Shown: positions 26,241 to 36,120 of the stretch, piece by piece | How positions within the stretch are numbered: position 1 is the stretch's first letter | Layout of the letters: the number at the start of each line of letters is the position of its first letter | Source: an uncultured bacterium | GTDB lineage: Bacteria; Patescibacteriota; Patescibacteriia; UBA1558; GWA2-36-10 | Direction: 5' to 3' | Assembly (NCBI GenBank): GCA_903855135.1 | Contig: CAINYB010000022.1 | Span: 1-62,837, forward strand | Length of the DNA stretch: 62,837 nucleotides | Position numbers and translations under genes: made by a program | Notes under the pieces: generated by a model | Told to the model about the DNA's origin: nothing | The model's database searches: none | What the model saw: only the letters and a program-made list of their open reading frames with translations

Positions 26241-29200
26241 ATGAAAAAATATTATTTTATCGCCGATACTTTTAAAAATCGCATGATAGTTAGTTTTTTA
26301 GCTATTGCTATTTTATCAGTATTTAATATTTGGTTTATCTATAAAGATCAAAATAACTCAAAAGCGGCTCAACTGCCACTGACTTTTTTTATCGATAACA
26401 GCTTGAGCACTGATTGTCTCACTGGCACTGGTAATTATGATCCAGTTATTAGGGCTTGTATTGGCTCAGCTACTGGTTATAAAGCCTGGCGTAATCCAAT
26501 TACAGCTTTGTCTTGGATTCAAGATGCTCAAACTGCAGGCACTATTGATACTGGTGGACATACTATTTATTTTCGAGCCGGCATTTATCGTGATTATTTA
26601 AATAGTTATGTTTTACCATCTGGCCAAGAAAATGCTTATAATAAAATAGAAGGGTATCAAGAAGAGGATGTGATTTTATCAGCTACTAATCTTAAAACTA
26701 ACTGGGAAGATGTTAGTAATGGCCTTTATCGGACAACTTTAACGGGCTCTGAAGATGCTAATAAGGGTGTTTTTGAAGATTATCAAGCTTTATATAGTGC
26801 TCGTTATCCAGAAGATTATCAAGATTTGTTGCAGGCTGATGGCGCATCTGGAGATTTTAGTAGAGAATATTTAGTTGATTGTCAATTAAATGAGTTAACT
26901 AGTGAAAAAATTATTGGCTCTTGGGCACAAGTTATGGTGGAATATTTTTGGAGCAGGAAAGCTAAAATAGTAAGTTATGACAGCGAAACTTGCCGAGCCA
27001 CTTTTTCTACTAGCACCTCTACTCCTAGTGAAAATAATTTTTTAGAAACTAATGCAGATGGTAGTTATAAATATGGAGATACTGCGAGTGGCCCCTCAGA
27101 TGATAGTAAGTATCGTTTAATTGATAATATTAATCTTTTAGATACGCCCGGAGAATATTTATATCAGTTAGGGGCGACTGTTCAAGACCCTGATTATGTT
27201 TATATGAGGCCAATCTCTGGTGAAAATCCAAGCTCACATATCTGGGAAGTTTCTTCTCGCTCTGTGGGAATATTATTTAATAAAGATAGAGCAAGTGGGG
27301 ATAATGTAGAATATATAGAGTTTAGAAATTTTGATATTAGGTTTTCTGGTGGCCATGGTTTATATGTTTCGAATAATAGTTATTTTAATAATTTAGGTGC
27401 CATGCCTAATAATTTAGTTTTTGATAATTTACATATTTATAACAATGCTAGTAATGGAGTTTATTTTTATTCTTTCAATAATAATATAATTTTTAAAAAT
27501 TCTTTAGTAGAAAATAATGGCGCTGTTGGTTTATATTATATTGGACCATATAGCTATTATGGTTATGACGAAAGTGGAAGTAATTATTATACAGTTAATT
27601 CTGAAATTTATAATAATGAATTTAAAAATAATGTTTCTTGTGGCACTTATTCTGAACATGTAAAAAATGTAAGTTATCACGATAATTATTATGAGGGAAA
27701 TGGTTTATTTAATTTAAATTCTGTTTTTTCTATTCATGGTTCTTCAGATATAGAAGTTTATGGTAATCATATGTTTCAAAATGGTGGTAATGGTATTTTA
27801 CTAGAAGGAACACCAATTTACAGAGTTCATCATATAAATATCCATGATAATTTGATAGAAGAAGCAGCCTATTTATCACCTGGGTGGGTAACTGGTGTAT
27901 GGTTTTCTGATGCAGATGATAATACTTTGCATAATAATACTATTTATTCGCCAAATGGCGTGGCTTTACACATTGATTCTGGCCAAGGCAATAAAGCAAC
28001 CTATAATAAATTTTTAGATATTTTTAATAATATTCCTACCACTAGTTATGGAGCAATATTATTAGAAAATGCAGATGGCACAGATCCTGACACTACTTGG
28101 CGCTATGCTATAAACAATACCATAGCTCATAACCTTTTTGTTGGGGATTTTAAATATGGTTTAAAAGTTTATATGGATATAGATGATGCTGATGGTGCTA
28201 GTGTACAAGGAAATGTGGTGGCTAATAACATTTTTTATTCTACTAGTAATTCAAAGGTGGTTCCTGTCAGCTTATTATATGATGTAGATCATTCTTTAAA
28301 TACTTATAATAATAATATTTATTATGCGCCTTCAGCGTCTGAGCTCAAGTTTATTTATCAGGCTCTGCATAATCCAGCGACAGCTGAGCATACTTTTGCT
28401 AATTATCAAACACAATCTAACCAAGAATCAAACTCTCTCAACACTAACCCATTATTTACTAATTTTGTCAGCAATATTTTTACGCTCCAATCTAACTCTC
28501 CAGCCAGAGATAGCGCTATGCTTCTTGCAGATATCAATGACTCTAACTATCAAGGTTCAGGCCCAGATATTGGTCCATTAGAATATGCAACAGGTCCAGT
28601 TTGTGGTAATCATCTCCTAGAGAGTGGAGAGCAATGTGATGATGGTAACACTACAAATAACGATGGATGTTCTTCATCGTGTCAGACAGAAGTAGAGGAA
28701 GAACCAGGTAACGGAGGAGGCAACAACAATGGAGGTGGAGGAACTCCACCACCAGAAGAACCAGAGATAGCTTGTGGTAACTCTATCATAGAACAAGGAG
28801 AACAATGTGATGATGGTAATACTAACAATAACGATGGATGCTCTTATCTATGTCAAATAGAAGAAGATAATACTCCTACTACTACCCCTAATATCTTAGA
28901 TATCTCTAAACTCCAAGGAACAATAGTAAAAACTTCTTTAGACCCTAAAGTCTATTATATTAATACTAATAACCAAAGATACCTTATCCCTAACCTTAAT
29001 ACCTTTAAATCATGGTTTAAGAACTTTAATAATCTTACTATTATAACTCCTCAAACTCTAGCTTCTTTTGAATACAAAGGAAGACTGACAGTTAAACCAG
29101 GTAAGCTAGTCCAATTTAAAAACTCTAATAAAGTCTATGCAGTCGAACCAGAAAAAACCTTAAGATGGATAACTACAGGAGCTACCTTTAAAGACTTTGG

Positions 29201-29483
29201 TTATGACTTTAAAAAAGTAATAAGCTTACCAGAAGAAGACTTCCAATATTATACTCTAGGAGAAGACTTAAATAACTCTACTGTACATCCTACAGGACAA
29301 TTATTAAAACATGGTAACTTTGCTCCCATCTTCTACATTAAAGATAATATTGAATACTGGATTAAAGATGAAACTACTTTCTTATCTCTAGGCTTTAAAT
29401 GGCAAGATATTATTACTATCCCTGTAAGGTATTGGTATACAAGAGTATTAGATAACTTTAGCTTTAGATTAAAAGATAGATGA
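26241..29483 (+). CDS. giant surface protein: right-handed beta-helix repeats plus two Cys-rich CGN..GE.CDDGN..N.DGCS..C repeats
   Basis: 1080 aa; N-terminal TM anchor; periodic N.I..N repeats; duplicated myxococcus-type cysteine-rich repeat at about 28590-28860. Confidence 0.65.
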   Translation: MKKYYFIADTFKNRMIVSFLAIAILSVFNIWFIYKDQNNSKAAQLPLTFFIDNSLSTDCLTGTGNYDPVIRACIGSATGYKAWRNPITALSWIQDAQTAGTIDTGGHTIYFRAGIYRDYLNSYVLPSGQENAYNKIEGYQEEDVILSATNLKTNWEDVSNGLYRTTLTGSEDANKGVFEDYQALYSARYPEDYQDLLQADGASGDFSREYLVDCQLNELTSEKIIGSWAQVMVEYFWSRKAKIVSYDSETCRATFSTSTSTPSENNFLETNADGSYKYGDTASGPSDDSKYRLIDNINLLDTPGEYLYQLGATVQDPDYVYMRPISGENPSSHIWEVSSRSVGILFNKDRASGDNVEYIEFRNFDIRFSGGHGLYVSNNSYFNNLGAMPNNLVFDNLHIYNNASNGVYFYSFNNNIIFKNSLVENNGAVGLYYIGPYSYYGYDESGSNYYTVNSEIYNNEFKNNVSCGTYSEHVKNVSYHDNYYEGNGLFNLNSVFSIHGSSDIEVYGNHMFQNGGNGILLEGTPIYRVHHINIHDNLIEEAAYLSPGWVTGVWFSDADDNTLHNNTIYSPNGVALHIDSGQGNKATYNKFLDIFNNIPTTSYGAILLENADGTDPDTTWRYAINNTIAHNLFVGDFKYGLKVYMDIDDADGASVQGNVVANNIFYSTSNSKVVPVSLLYDVDHSLNTYNNNIYYAPSASELKFIYQALHNPATAEHTFANYQTQSNQESNSLNTNPLFTNFVSNIFTLQSNSPARDSAMLLADINDSNYQGSGPDIGPLEYATGPVCGNHLLESGEQCDDGNTTNNDGCSSSCQTEVEEEPGNGGGNNNGGGGTPPPEEPEIACGNSIIEQGEQCDDGNTNNNDGCSYLCQIEEDNTPTTTPNILDISKLQGTIVKTSLDPKVYYINTNNQRYLIPNLNTFKSWFKNFNNLTIITPQTLASFEYKGRLTVKPGKLVQFKNSNKVYAVEPEKTLRWITTGATFKDFGYDFKKVISLPEEDFQYYTLGEDLNNSTVHPTGQLLKHGNFAPIFYIKDNIEYWIKDETTFLSLGFKWQDIITIPVRYWYTRVLDNFSFRLKDR

Positions 29484-29485
29484 TA

Positions 29486-29522
29486 CCCCCTCTAAATCTC
29501 CCCCTTCGTAAAGGGGAGACTA
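29486..29522 (+). terminator. terminator hairpin, member of a 37-nt repeat pair
   Basis: CCCCCTCTAAATCTCCCCCTTCGTAAAGGGGAGACTA, near-identical to 45455-45491; both start 1-3 nt after a stop codon. Confidence 0.6.
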
Positions 29523-29574
29523 TAAAAAATAAACAAAAAATACCCCCGCTTCCGCGGGGGTATTTTAGGAAAGT

Positions 29575-30219
29575 TTATTTTAAATGTTTTAAGTCTAATT
29601 TTATATTTTTACTTTTCTGTAAATAATTACCGATGACTAGCAAATTGGCACCAGAGTTTTTTATTTTTTGGAAGTTTTCGGCATTTACTCCACCATCGAT
29701 TTCAATATTTATTTTAGGATATAGACGACGGAGATTTTTTATTTTGCTTAAAACTTTTTCTTCAAATTTTTGGCCTTGTTTACCGGGATAAACTCCCATG
29801 AGCATCACAGTATTTATTTTGCTGATGTTATTTTTTAGTACTGATAGTGGAGTATCAAGATTTAAAGCGAGTCCAGTTTGAATTTTTTGTTGTTTTAAAA
29901 AGTCAGCCAGACAGGCAATAGCTTTATTATCACTTTCTGCTTCATAATGCCAAATAATTTTTTTGACTTGGGTGAGCTTAGTCCATTCCGCTAAATGTTT
30001 GGCGACATTTTTGACCATTAAGTGTATTTCTAGCTCATGATTTTTGACAAATTGACTGATATGTTCTGGCTTAAAAGGTGTGGCAGTTTTGACAAATTGT
30101 CCATCAGTGACATCGATTTGGATATAAGAAAAAAAGGGGGCTACTTTATTCCATTGGCTGACAAATTCACTTTTATTTCTTGCTAAAACTGCGGGGATAA
30201 TTTTAGTTTGTTTGTTCAT
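29575..30219 (-). CDS. rpe: ribulose-phosphate 3-epimerase-like
   Basis: 214 aa; IQIDVTDGQFV and HLMV motifs; overlaps rpiB by 4 nt. Confidence 0.6.
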   Translation of the reverse strand: MNKQTKIIPAVLARNKSEFVSQWNKVAPFFSYIQIDVTDGQFVKTATPFKPEHISQFVKNHELEIHLMVKNVAKHLAEWTKLTQVKKIIWHYEAESDNKAIACLADFLKQQKIQTGLALNLDTPLSVLKNNISKINTVMLMGVYPGKQGQKFEEKVLSKIKNLRRLYPKINIEIDGGVNAENFQKIKNSGANLLVIGNYLQKSKNIKLDLKHLK

Positions 30220-30656
30220 CCTAGTTTATTTAGTTTTTGTATTCTTCTTTTATAGCGAGGAATAGCCTTGAAAGGGCTATTTAAAAAAAGTTTAATAAAA
30301 TTTTCAGCTTGTTTTAAGCTTAAACCTCTAGTCATTAAGCATAAGACATTGATATCTTCATCTTGGCGTGCTTGTTTGATGCTCGTTTCATCGTGACCAA
30401 AAGCGGCACGTAAATGTTTAAAGCGATTAGCCGCCATGACCATGCCTTGGCCACTGTCACAGCACAAAATACCACGGCTGTCTTTATTTTTTTTCATCAT
30501 CAAAGCCACTCGTTTAGCATAATCAGGATAATCATCAGCTTCTTCGTGTTTTAAATTTCCTTGATCACTGACTTTGTGGCCTTGGGCTTGTAAACTGGCT
30601 TTAATTTTTTCTTTTAATGCCCAGCCATCATGATCAGCTCCTAAATAAATAGTCAT
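30216..30656 (-). CDS. rpiB: ribose-5-phosphate isomerase B
   Basis: 146 aa; YLGADHDG, GILCCDSGQGMVMAANR motifs. Confidence 0.85.
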   Translation of the reverse strand: MTIYLGADHDGWALKEKIKASLQAQGHKVSDQGNLKHEEADDYPDYAKRVALMMKKNKDSRGILCCDSGQGMVMAANRFKHLRAAFGHDETSIKQARQDEDINVLCLMTRGLSLKQAENFIKLFLNSPFKAIPRYKRRIQKLNKLG

Positions 30657-30725
30657 AAAATTTTATAATAATATAGATAATTTAGCATATTTTGAGGAAA
30701 TAGTGAAGTGTGCTAAGATGATTTT

Positions 30726-31226
30726 ATGCGTGTACCGATCAGAAAAGTAGGAGCTTATCAAAATCTAAAAACAGACTCTTATCTAACTCAGGATAAGTTT
30801 TTAGAATTACAAAATAAATTAAAAAAACTCAAAGAAACAACAAGACCTAAATGGATAAAAGAAATGCGTTTGGCTGCCAGTGACGGAGATTTTTCTGAAA
30901 ATGCTTCTTACCAGATAGCCAAAGCAAAGCTCAGAGGCACAAATCAAAAAATTGATGAGCTAGAATATTTGCTTAGCCGAGCACAAATTATTCCAGACAA
31001 ACTTGACAATAATATAGTGAGATTAGGCCACAAAGTAGTTTTATTAAAAGGCCAAGAAAAATTTGTTTTTCACATTTTAGGTGCTACAGAGACTAATCCT
31101 GATCAAGGCATCATTTCTTTTAGCTCGCCCCTAGGCCAAGCCTTGATGGGCAAAAAAGTAGGGGATACAATAAAAGTGAAATTAGCAGACAGAGAGATTG
31201 AGTATAAACTAGTAGAAATAAAATAA
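30726..31226 (+). CDS. greA: transcription elongation factor GreA
   Basis: 166 aa; DGDFSENASY coiled-coil tip motif, C-terminal FKBP-like domain. Confidence 0.85.
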   Translation: MRVPIRKVGAYQNLKTDSYLTQDKFLELQNKLKKLKETTRPKWIKEMRLAASDGDFSENASYQIAKAKLRGTNQKIDELEYLLSRAQIIPDKLDNNIVRLGHKVVLLKGQEKFVFHILGATETNPDQGIISFSSPLGQALMGKKVGDTIKVKLADREIEYKLVEIK

Positions 31227-31248
31227 TCCCGCCATCGGCGGGATTATT

Positions 31249-31374
31249 TTAAGCTTTAGTGTGTTTTTTCTTGGCCTTTTCCTCTAGCATCACTTTCTTT
31301 GCTTCCAGTCTTTTCTTAGTTTTTTTGGAGCTAGATTTTTGTGGTCGGCCATGAGCATGTTGTCTTTTTGACAT
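31249..31374 (-). CDS. possible 41-aa basic mini-protein
   Basis: Hand-translated MSKRQHAHGRPQKSSSKKTKKRLEAKKVMLEEKAKKKHTKA; no SD seen. Confidence 0.3.
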   Translation of the reverse strand: MSKRQHAHGRPQKSSSKKTKKRLEAKKVMLEEKAKKKHTKA

Positions 31375-31485
31375 ATCAATTTAAGATTATTTTAATAAAT
31401 ATAAGCTATTCTAGCGTTTTATGGGAATAAAAGCAAGGGCTAGAAGTGGGTTTTGTTTTTTTAAGATTTTTGTTATGATAAAGCC

Positions 31486-32631
31486 ATGAAAAAAATCTTC
31501 TTAATTTTAGTCTATGCTTTTGCTGGTTTTGGCTTTATTATGGCCCTTGGTTTTTTCGCAGTGAAATTTGAGTGGACCAATGTCCGAGGTAAAGCAGATC
31601 AAAATAGTAATGTATATAACAATTTTGAACTCAAAGAAAAATTACTTTTAGCACAAAATAAAGACGTAAACTCTACTGCTAGCAGTACGGATAATTTACT
31701 TAATGATTTAGAAAAACAAATTCAGGCTTTAGAGCAAATCAAAAGTACAGAAAAAGAAAATTTATGTAAGATTTTTGTAGTCTCACAATATTCAGATTTA
31801 AACGCCAAGACTATTTTTAATGTTTATCAAAAATATAGTGACCAAAAAATATTAGACAGAATGGTGTTTGCTTTTAGTTTGAAAAAAAATATGCCGGATT
31901 TTTTGGAGCAAATAAAAGTCTGCACTAGCACGGGCTTAGATGAAGATACTTTGTCTACGCAATTACAAAATCCTAAAGATCAAAATGTTTTTGTCTGGCA
32001 AAATAGTGAGCATTGGAATATCATCAAGCAAGCCTTAACTAGAGATGCTAGTCAGATAAACGAAGTAGCGCTGAGTACTGATATCGATCCCAGAGAAATA
32101 GTCTCAGTCACCATCGTCGAGCAGTTAAGACTTTATTACACCCAAAGAGAATTATTTGAAACCTTTTTTAAACCCTTAAAGATTTTAGCGAGTGCCAATA
32201 AAATGGCTTGGGGCATCATGGCTATCAAAGAAAAGACAGCGATACAGATAGAAAATAATTTGAAAGACAAAAACTCACCTTATTATCTAGGTGAGAAATA
32301 CGAAAAGCTTTTAGATTTTAAAACTAATAATCCTGCTCAAGAAAGATATGCTAGATTAACTGATGATAAAAATCATTTTTATTCTTATCTTTATGGCGCT
32401 CTATATTTGAAGCAAGTCGAGCAACAGTGGCAAGCTCAAGGCTTTGATATCAGCCATCGTCCAGAGATCTTAGCTACTTTATTTAATATTGGTTTTAAAA
32501 ATTCTGTACCGAAGGCTAATCCGGCTGTCGGTGGCTCGACGATGAACATTTTGGGACAGACTTATAGCTTCGGTTCTTTAGCGCACGAGTTTTATTATTC
32601 TGGAGTGATGGAAGAAGAGTTTCCTTTTTAA
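31486..32631 (+). CDS. hypothetical membrane-anchored protein
   Basis: 381-aa ORF with N-terminal TM helix. Confidence 0.5.
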   Translation: MKKIFLILVYAFAGFGFIMALGFFAVKFEWTNVRGKADQNSNVYNNFELKEKLLLAQNKDVNSTASSTDNLLNDLEKQIQALEQIKSTEKENLCKIFVVSQYSDLNAKTIFNVYQKYSDQKILDRMVFAFSLKKNMPDFLEQIKVCTSTGLDEDTLSTQLQNPKDQNVFVWQNSEHWNIIKQALTRDASQINEVALSTDIDPREIVSVTIVEQLRLYYTQRELFETFFKPLKILASANKMAWGIMAIKEKTAIQIENNLKDKNSPYYLGEKYEKLLDFKTNNPAQERYARLTDDKNHFYSYLYGALYLKQVEQQWQAQGFDISHRPEILATLFNIGFKNSVPKANPAVGGSTMNILGQTYSFGSLAHEFYYSGVMEEEFPF

Positions 32632-32698
32632 AATTTAGCTTATTTTTTAAAAAAGTCCTAGCGTTTGCTAGAACTTTTTATTTTTAATGATTTTATTT

Positions 32699-33712
32699 TT
32701 AAATTTTCATTATCAAATCCTCACCAAACCATTTTTTGTAGAGCAAATCGTATTGGCCAGATTCTTTAAGATTTAAAATTGCTTGATTGATTTTCTCCTC
32801 TAATTGGCTAGGTTGTTGCAAAGCAATTCCATATTGTTGTTTGTCAAACATCTCGCCAACAATTTCTATGTAATTATCCTTATCATTTTTTTCGTAATAA
32901 AGCACAGCAGGTGCATCAAAGACAACTGCGTCAACCTCTTCGTTTTTAAGTTTGATATAGGCTTCTTCAATTTTTAAAACAGCAACGATTTTTGCACCTA
33001 CCTTTTTAAGAATGCTTTCACTGGTAGATTCTCCAACTGTAGCTACTCTCTTATTTGACAAATCCCCACTATTATTGATTTCGCCTTTAATTTTCTTAGC
33101 CGCAAGAAATGCAGTAAATTGAGCAACTGCTAAACTAATCATTATTACGCCACCAAAAATAAGGGCTATAACAATAATTCTTCCGAGCCATGAATGCGGG
33201 ACATAATCTCCATAACCAACTGTAGTTATAGACACGACTGTAAGCCAGAAAGATTCAAAAATGCCAGGGAAATAAGTTGCGCTAAAAGTATGAGTATCTT
33301 TTTCTGCAAACCATATTAGATTGCCAAAAACAAAAATATAGATAGCCATAAAAAGAATCATCGATGCGATGGTTTTGTACTCTCCAATAATAATATTTTT
33401 AAGAGTTTTAAAAAAGTTTAATTTACTACTGTTTTTATTAACAGAAATTAATATTCCAGAATCCAATGTTGCATGAGAAAAATTTATAATTTTTTCCCGA
33501 CTTTCATTGATAGTTATTCCAGTCAATCCCACATCAACTTTTTTTTCTACCAATAAGGGAATAATTTTTTTAAAATTATGTTTTTCATACTCAAAATCTA
33601 TACCAGTTATTTTGGCAATAGCTTCCCATAAATCTATTTCAAACCCCTTATACTTTTTATCTTGTTTAAAGACTAGGGGAGGAAATTCAGCAATAGCGAC
33701 TTTTATTTTCAT
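32699..33712 (-). CDS. GluR0-like ligand-gated potassium channel (solute-binding domain interrupted by a K+ pore)
   Basis: 337 aa; selectivity filter TTVGYGD between two TM helices, flanked by periplasmic-binding-protein type 3 segments. Confidence 0.75.
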   Translation of the reverse strand: MKIKVAIAEFPPLVFKQDKKYKGFEIDLWEAIAKITGIDFEYEKHNFKKIIPLLVEKKVDVGLTGITINESREKIINFSHATLDSGILISVNKNSSKLNFFKTLKNIIIGEYKTIASMILFMAIYIFVFGNLIWFAEKDTHTFSATYFPGIFESFWLTVVSITTVGYGDYVPHSWLGRIIVIALIFGGVIMISLAVAQFTAFLAAKKIKGEINNSGDLSNKRVATVGESTSESILKKVGAKIVAVLKIEEAYIKLKNEEVDAVVFDAPAVLYYEKNDKDNYIEIVGEMFDKQQYGIALQQPSQLEEKINQAILNLKESGQYDLLYKKWFGEDLIMKI

Positions 33713-33788
33713 ATTGTTATTTTAGCAGATTATCAATGTTTATATCAAGGGCTTTCGCAATTTTTAACATGCAAAGGTTTGGTTTATT

Positions 33789-34220
33789 TTATTCAGTGAA
33801 GCTACTTTGAATTACACAGTTTTCAGTATTTCCTGTAGTTTCACCATTCCAATAAAATTCATTTTTAAAGTTTATATATGCAGTAGAATCTTTAACGTCT
33901 GTTACAATTAAATAATTAAAGGCATGGTCCCCATCTCCCCAGTATATATTATCCCTATTGGCTACGGTAAATTTAGTTCCATACTCGAAGGAGTCTGTTG
34001 TTCCAAATTTTGTTTTTCGACCAATTACTTGAAAGCTACCATTAGGAGTAAACTCTATGTCTATGGCATTATTGTTTACAGTAATAGATTTAACATTTGT
34101 TAAATTATCACAAATTTTTTCTTTTGTTTCTGTTTTGATGTTTTTGTTTTGTTTTGTTGTTTGCGTGCAACCAACGCCTACTAATAAAATAACAGTTAAG
34201 ATTAAAAATAATTTTTTCAT
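33789..34220 (-). CDS. lipoprotein
   Basis: 143 aa; lipobox LLVGVGC. Confidence 0.5.
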   Translation of the reverse strand: MKKLFLILTVILLVGVGCTQTTKQNKNIKTETKEKICDNLTNVKSITVNNNAIDIEFTPNGSFQVIGRKTKFGTTDSFEYGTKFTVANRDNIYWGDGDHAFNYLIVTDVKDSTAYINFKNEFYWNGETTGNTENCVIQSSFTE

Positions 34221-34229
34221 AATTATAGT

Positions 34230-34493
34230 TTAATGATTTTGATAATATAATTTTTTTTCTTTTTCTATTTCTTCTTCTATGAATTTAATCTTGTCATGCC
34301 ATTCTGCTGGTATGATTTCACCTATTTCTTTGGCTGTTATCATCTTTGCTTCGAGTTTACCGTAGGTACTTTTGAGCCACTGTAAATAAGAATCATCCGG
34401 CGGATAATTGAGCTTTTTCTTTTCTAAAAACTCTTTGTTAATTTCAGCAAAATTGCTCGTACCGCTAATAAATAAGGTTTTAAAAAAATTCAT
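34230..34493 (-). CDS. hypothetical protein
   Basis: 87-aa ORF. Confidence 0.4.
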   Translation of the reverse strand: MNFFKTLFISGTSNFAEINKEFLEKKKLNYPPDDSYLQWLKSTYGKLEAKMITAKEIGEIIPAEWHDKIKFIEEEIEKEKKLYYQNH

Positions 34494-34591
34494 AGTTATA
34501 TTTTATATAATCTTATTTAAGTATATCAAAAAACTACTCTTTGAGGGAGTAGTTTGCTGATGGGGTGGCTTATCAAGATGCTTGGAAAACT

Positions 34592-35491
34592 TCATTGTTT
34601 CTTAGCATCTGATACACCTTTTAGACAATGAGATGTATTCATATTCCATTTATCTTTTACATTTTCAGCAATAAGAGCACATATAGCTTCGTTTTTGGTA
34701 TTCATGGCTATGGCATATAAACAAGTATATCTTTCCGTTTCTCTAGGGTCACCACTGACAGAGTCAGGGATTTGCAGGCATAGTTGCGGATCGTTATGTC
34801 TTATTCCTAATTCTCTGTTACAGATTATGTCACTATTAACTGTTAGACAAGTGTTTAAATCCTTATTTTTGATTGCTATTTCAAATATATTTTGTTTTTT
34901 AATATGTTGATATTTTTTTATTTGTTTTGGTGTGTATATAAATATATTAAAAATACTAACCAAAACTATTATAATTGTTGTAAAAACTGCTAATTTACGG
35001 CTAATATTTTTTTCATTTTTTGCTAAAATGTAATGAGCTATATTTAATAAAAGCATCACAGTTAATATGCCTATATTTATCATTAGCTCCTCTTGGGTAT
35101 TAATAGCCTGTTTATTTTCATCAGTAAATTTTGATAGAAGTAAGAAAATATAAACAAGTATAGAAATATAGATGATATATATTGTTGAGTAAACTAAACT
35201 GATTCTTTTTTGTAATTTAAAATTTATTTCATTATTTTTATTTTTTTTGCTAGCAACTATAAGTTCGTAAATTAAGATAATAATAATATCAATTATAAAT
35301 ATTAATATCCAAAGATATATAAAAACTATGGCACCTAATTCCCAAGCGGCTAAATTACCAAAAATAGACACCCAGGCAAATGGAGTGGCTCCAACTATAA
35401 AAGAAACTATTATTAACCAAAAATAAAAAATAAATCTTTTGTTAAATAAGTGTTTTCTTTCTGGAGTTTGTAACATATCAAAATTTTGCAT
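34592..35491 (-). CDS. polytopic membrane protein with Cys-rich C-terminal domain
   Basis: 299-aa ORF, 5-6 TM helices. Confidence 0.5.
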   Translation of the reverse strand: MQNFDMLQTPERKHLFNKRFIFYFWLIIVSFIVGATPFAWVSIFGNLAAWELGAIVFIYLWILIFIIDIIIILIYELIVASKKNKNNEINFKLQKRISLVYSTIYIIYISILVYIFLLLSKFTDENKQAINTQEELMINIGILTVMLLLNIAHYILAKNEKNISRKLAVFTTIIIVLVSIFNIFIYTPKQIKKYQHIKKQNIFEIAIKNKDLNTCLTVNSDIICNRELGIRHNDPQLCLQIPDSVSGDPRETERYTCLYAIAMNTKNEAICALIAENVKDKWNMNTSHCLKGVSDAKKQ

Positions 35492-35610
35492 ACTTTATAT
35501 TTAATAATCCTATTTAAGTATATCAAAAAACTACTCTTTTAGGGAGTAGCTTATTGATGGGGTCAGTTATGTGAGTTTTTTAGAACTTTTGAGTGGAATA
35601 ACCCAGATAA

Positions 35611-35901
35611 TTATACCTTAACGACAGGTTTGTCATTGGGGTCAAAATAATTAATTTTATATTCATACAGGCCAGGAAATCTCCCAGGAGAATAATCTAA
35701 GGGTATGTTATTATTTTTAGCAGTAATATACTCAATGATTTCTTTCTTATAATCTACTACCTGTTTATTATTAATAACGGATGCGGTGGCTCCAGTTAAA
35801 AGATCAGCTAGCTGTAAGCAGCCCAAAACTTGGGATGCACCTTGATTGCAGAATTCTAAACTATGAGAAAACTTGCTGTCACGTGCTACTATTTTTATCA
35901 T
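35611..35901 (-). pseudogene. possible C-terminal fragment of a DUF3800-type protein
   Basis: 96 aa with CLQLADLLTGA motif typical of the DUF3800 C-terminal half; no N-terminal DESG-type half upstream. Confidence 0.35.
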
Positions 35902-36120
35902 TTTGACTCATAATAATACTTTAATTGCTACTAGAATAAGCATAGCAAAAACTTATTATTTTAGCTATCCTGGTTCTAAAAGCACCCCGAGTCAGGGTGC
36001 TTTTATTATTGTAAAACAGTAAAGCTAATTGGAAAAATTTTGTTTAATCTAAATGCTCAAATTCCTATTTTAATAAAATAAAGGCGTCGTCCCCGAAGGA
36101 ACGACGCATATCGTTACACA

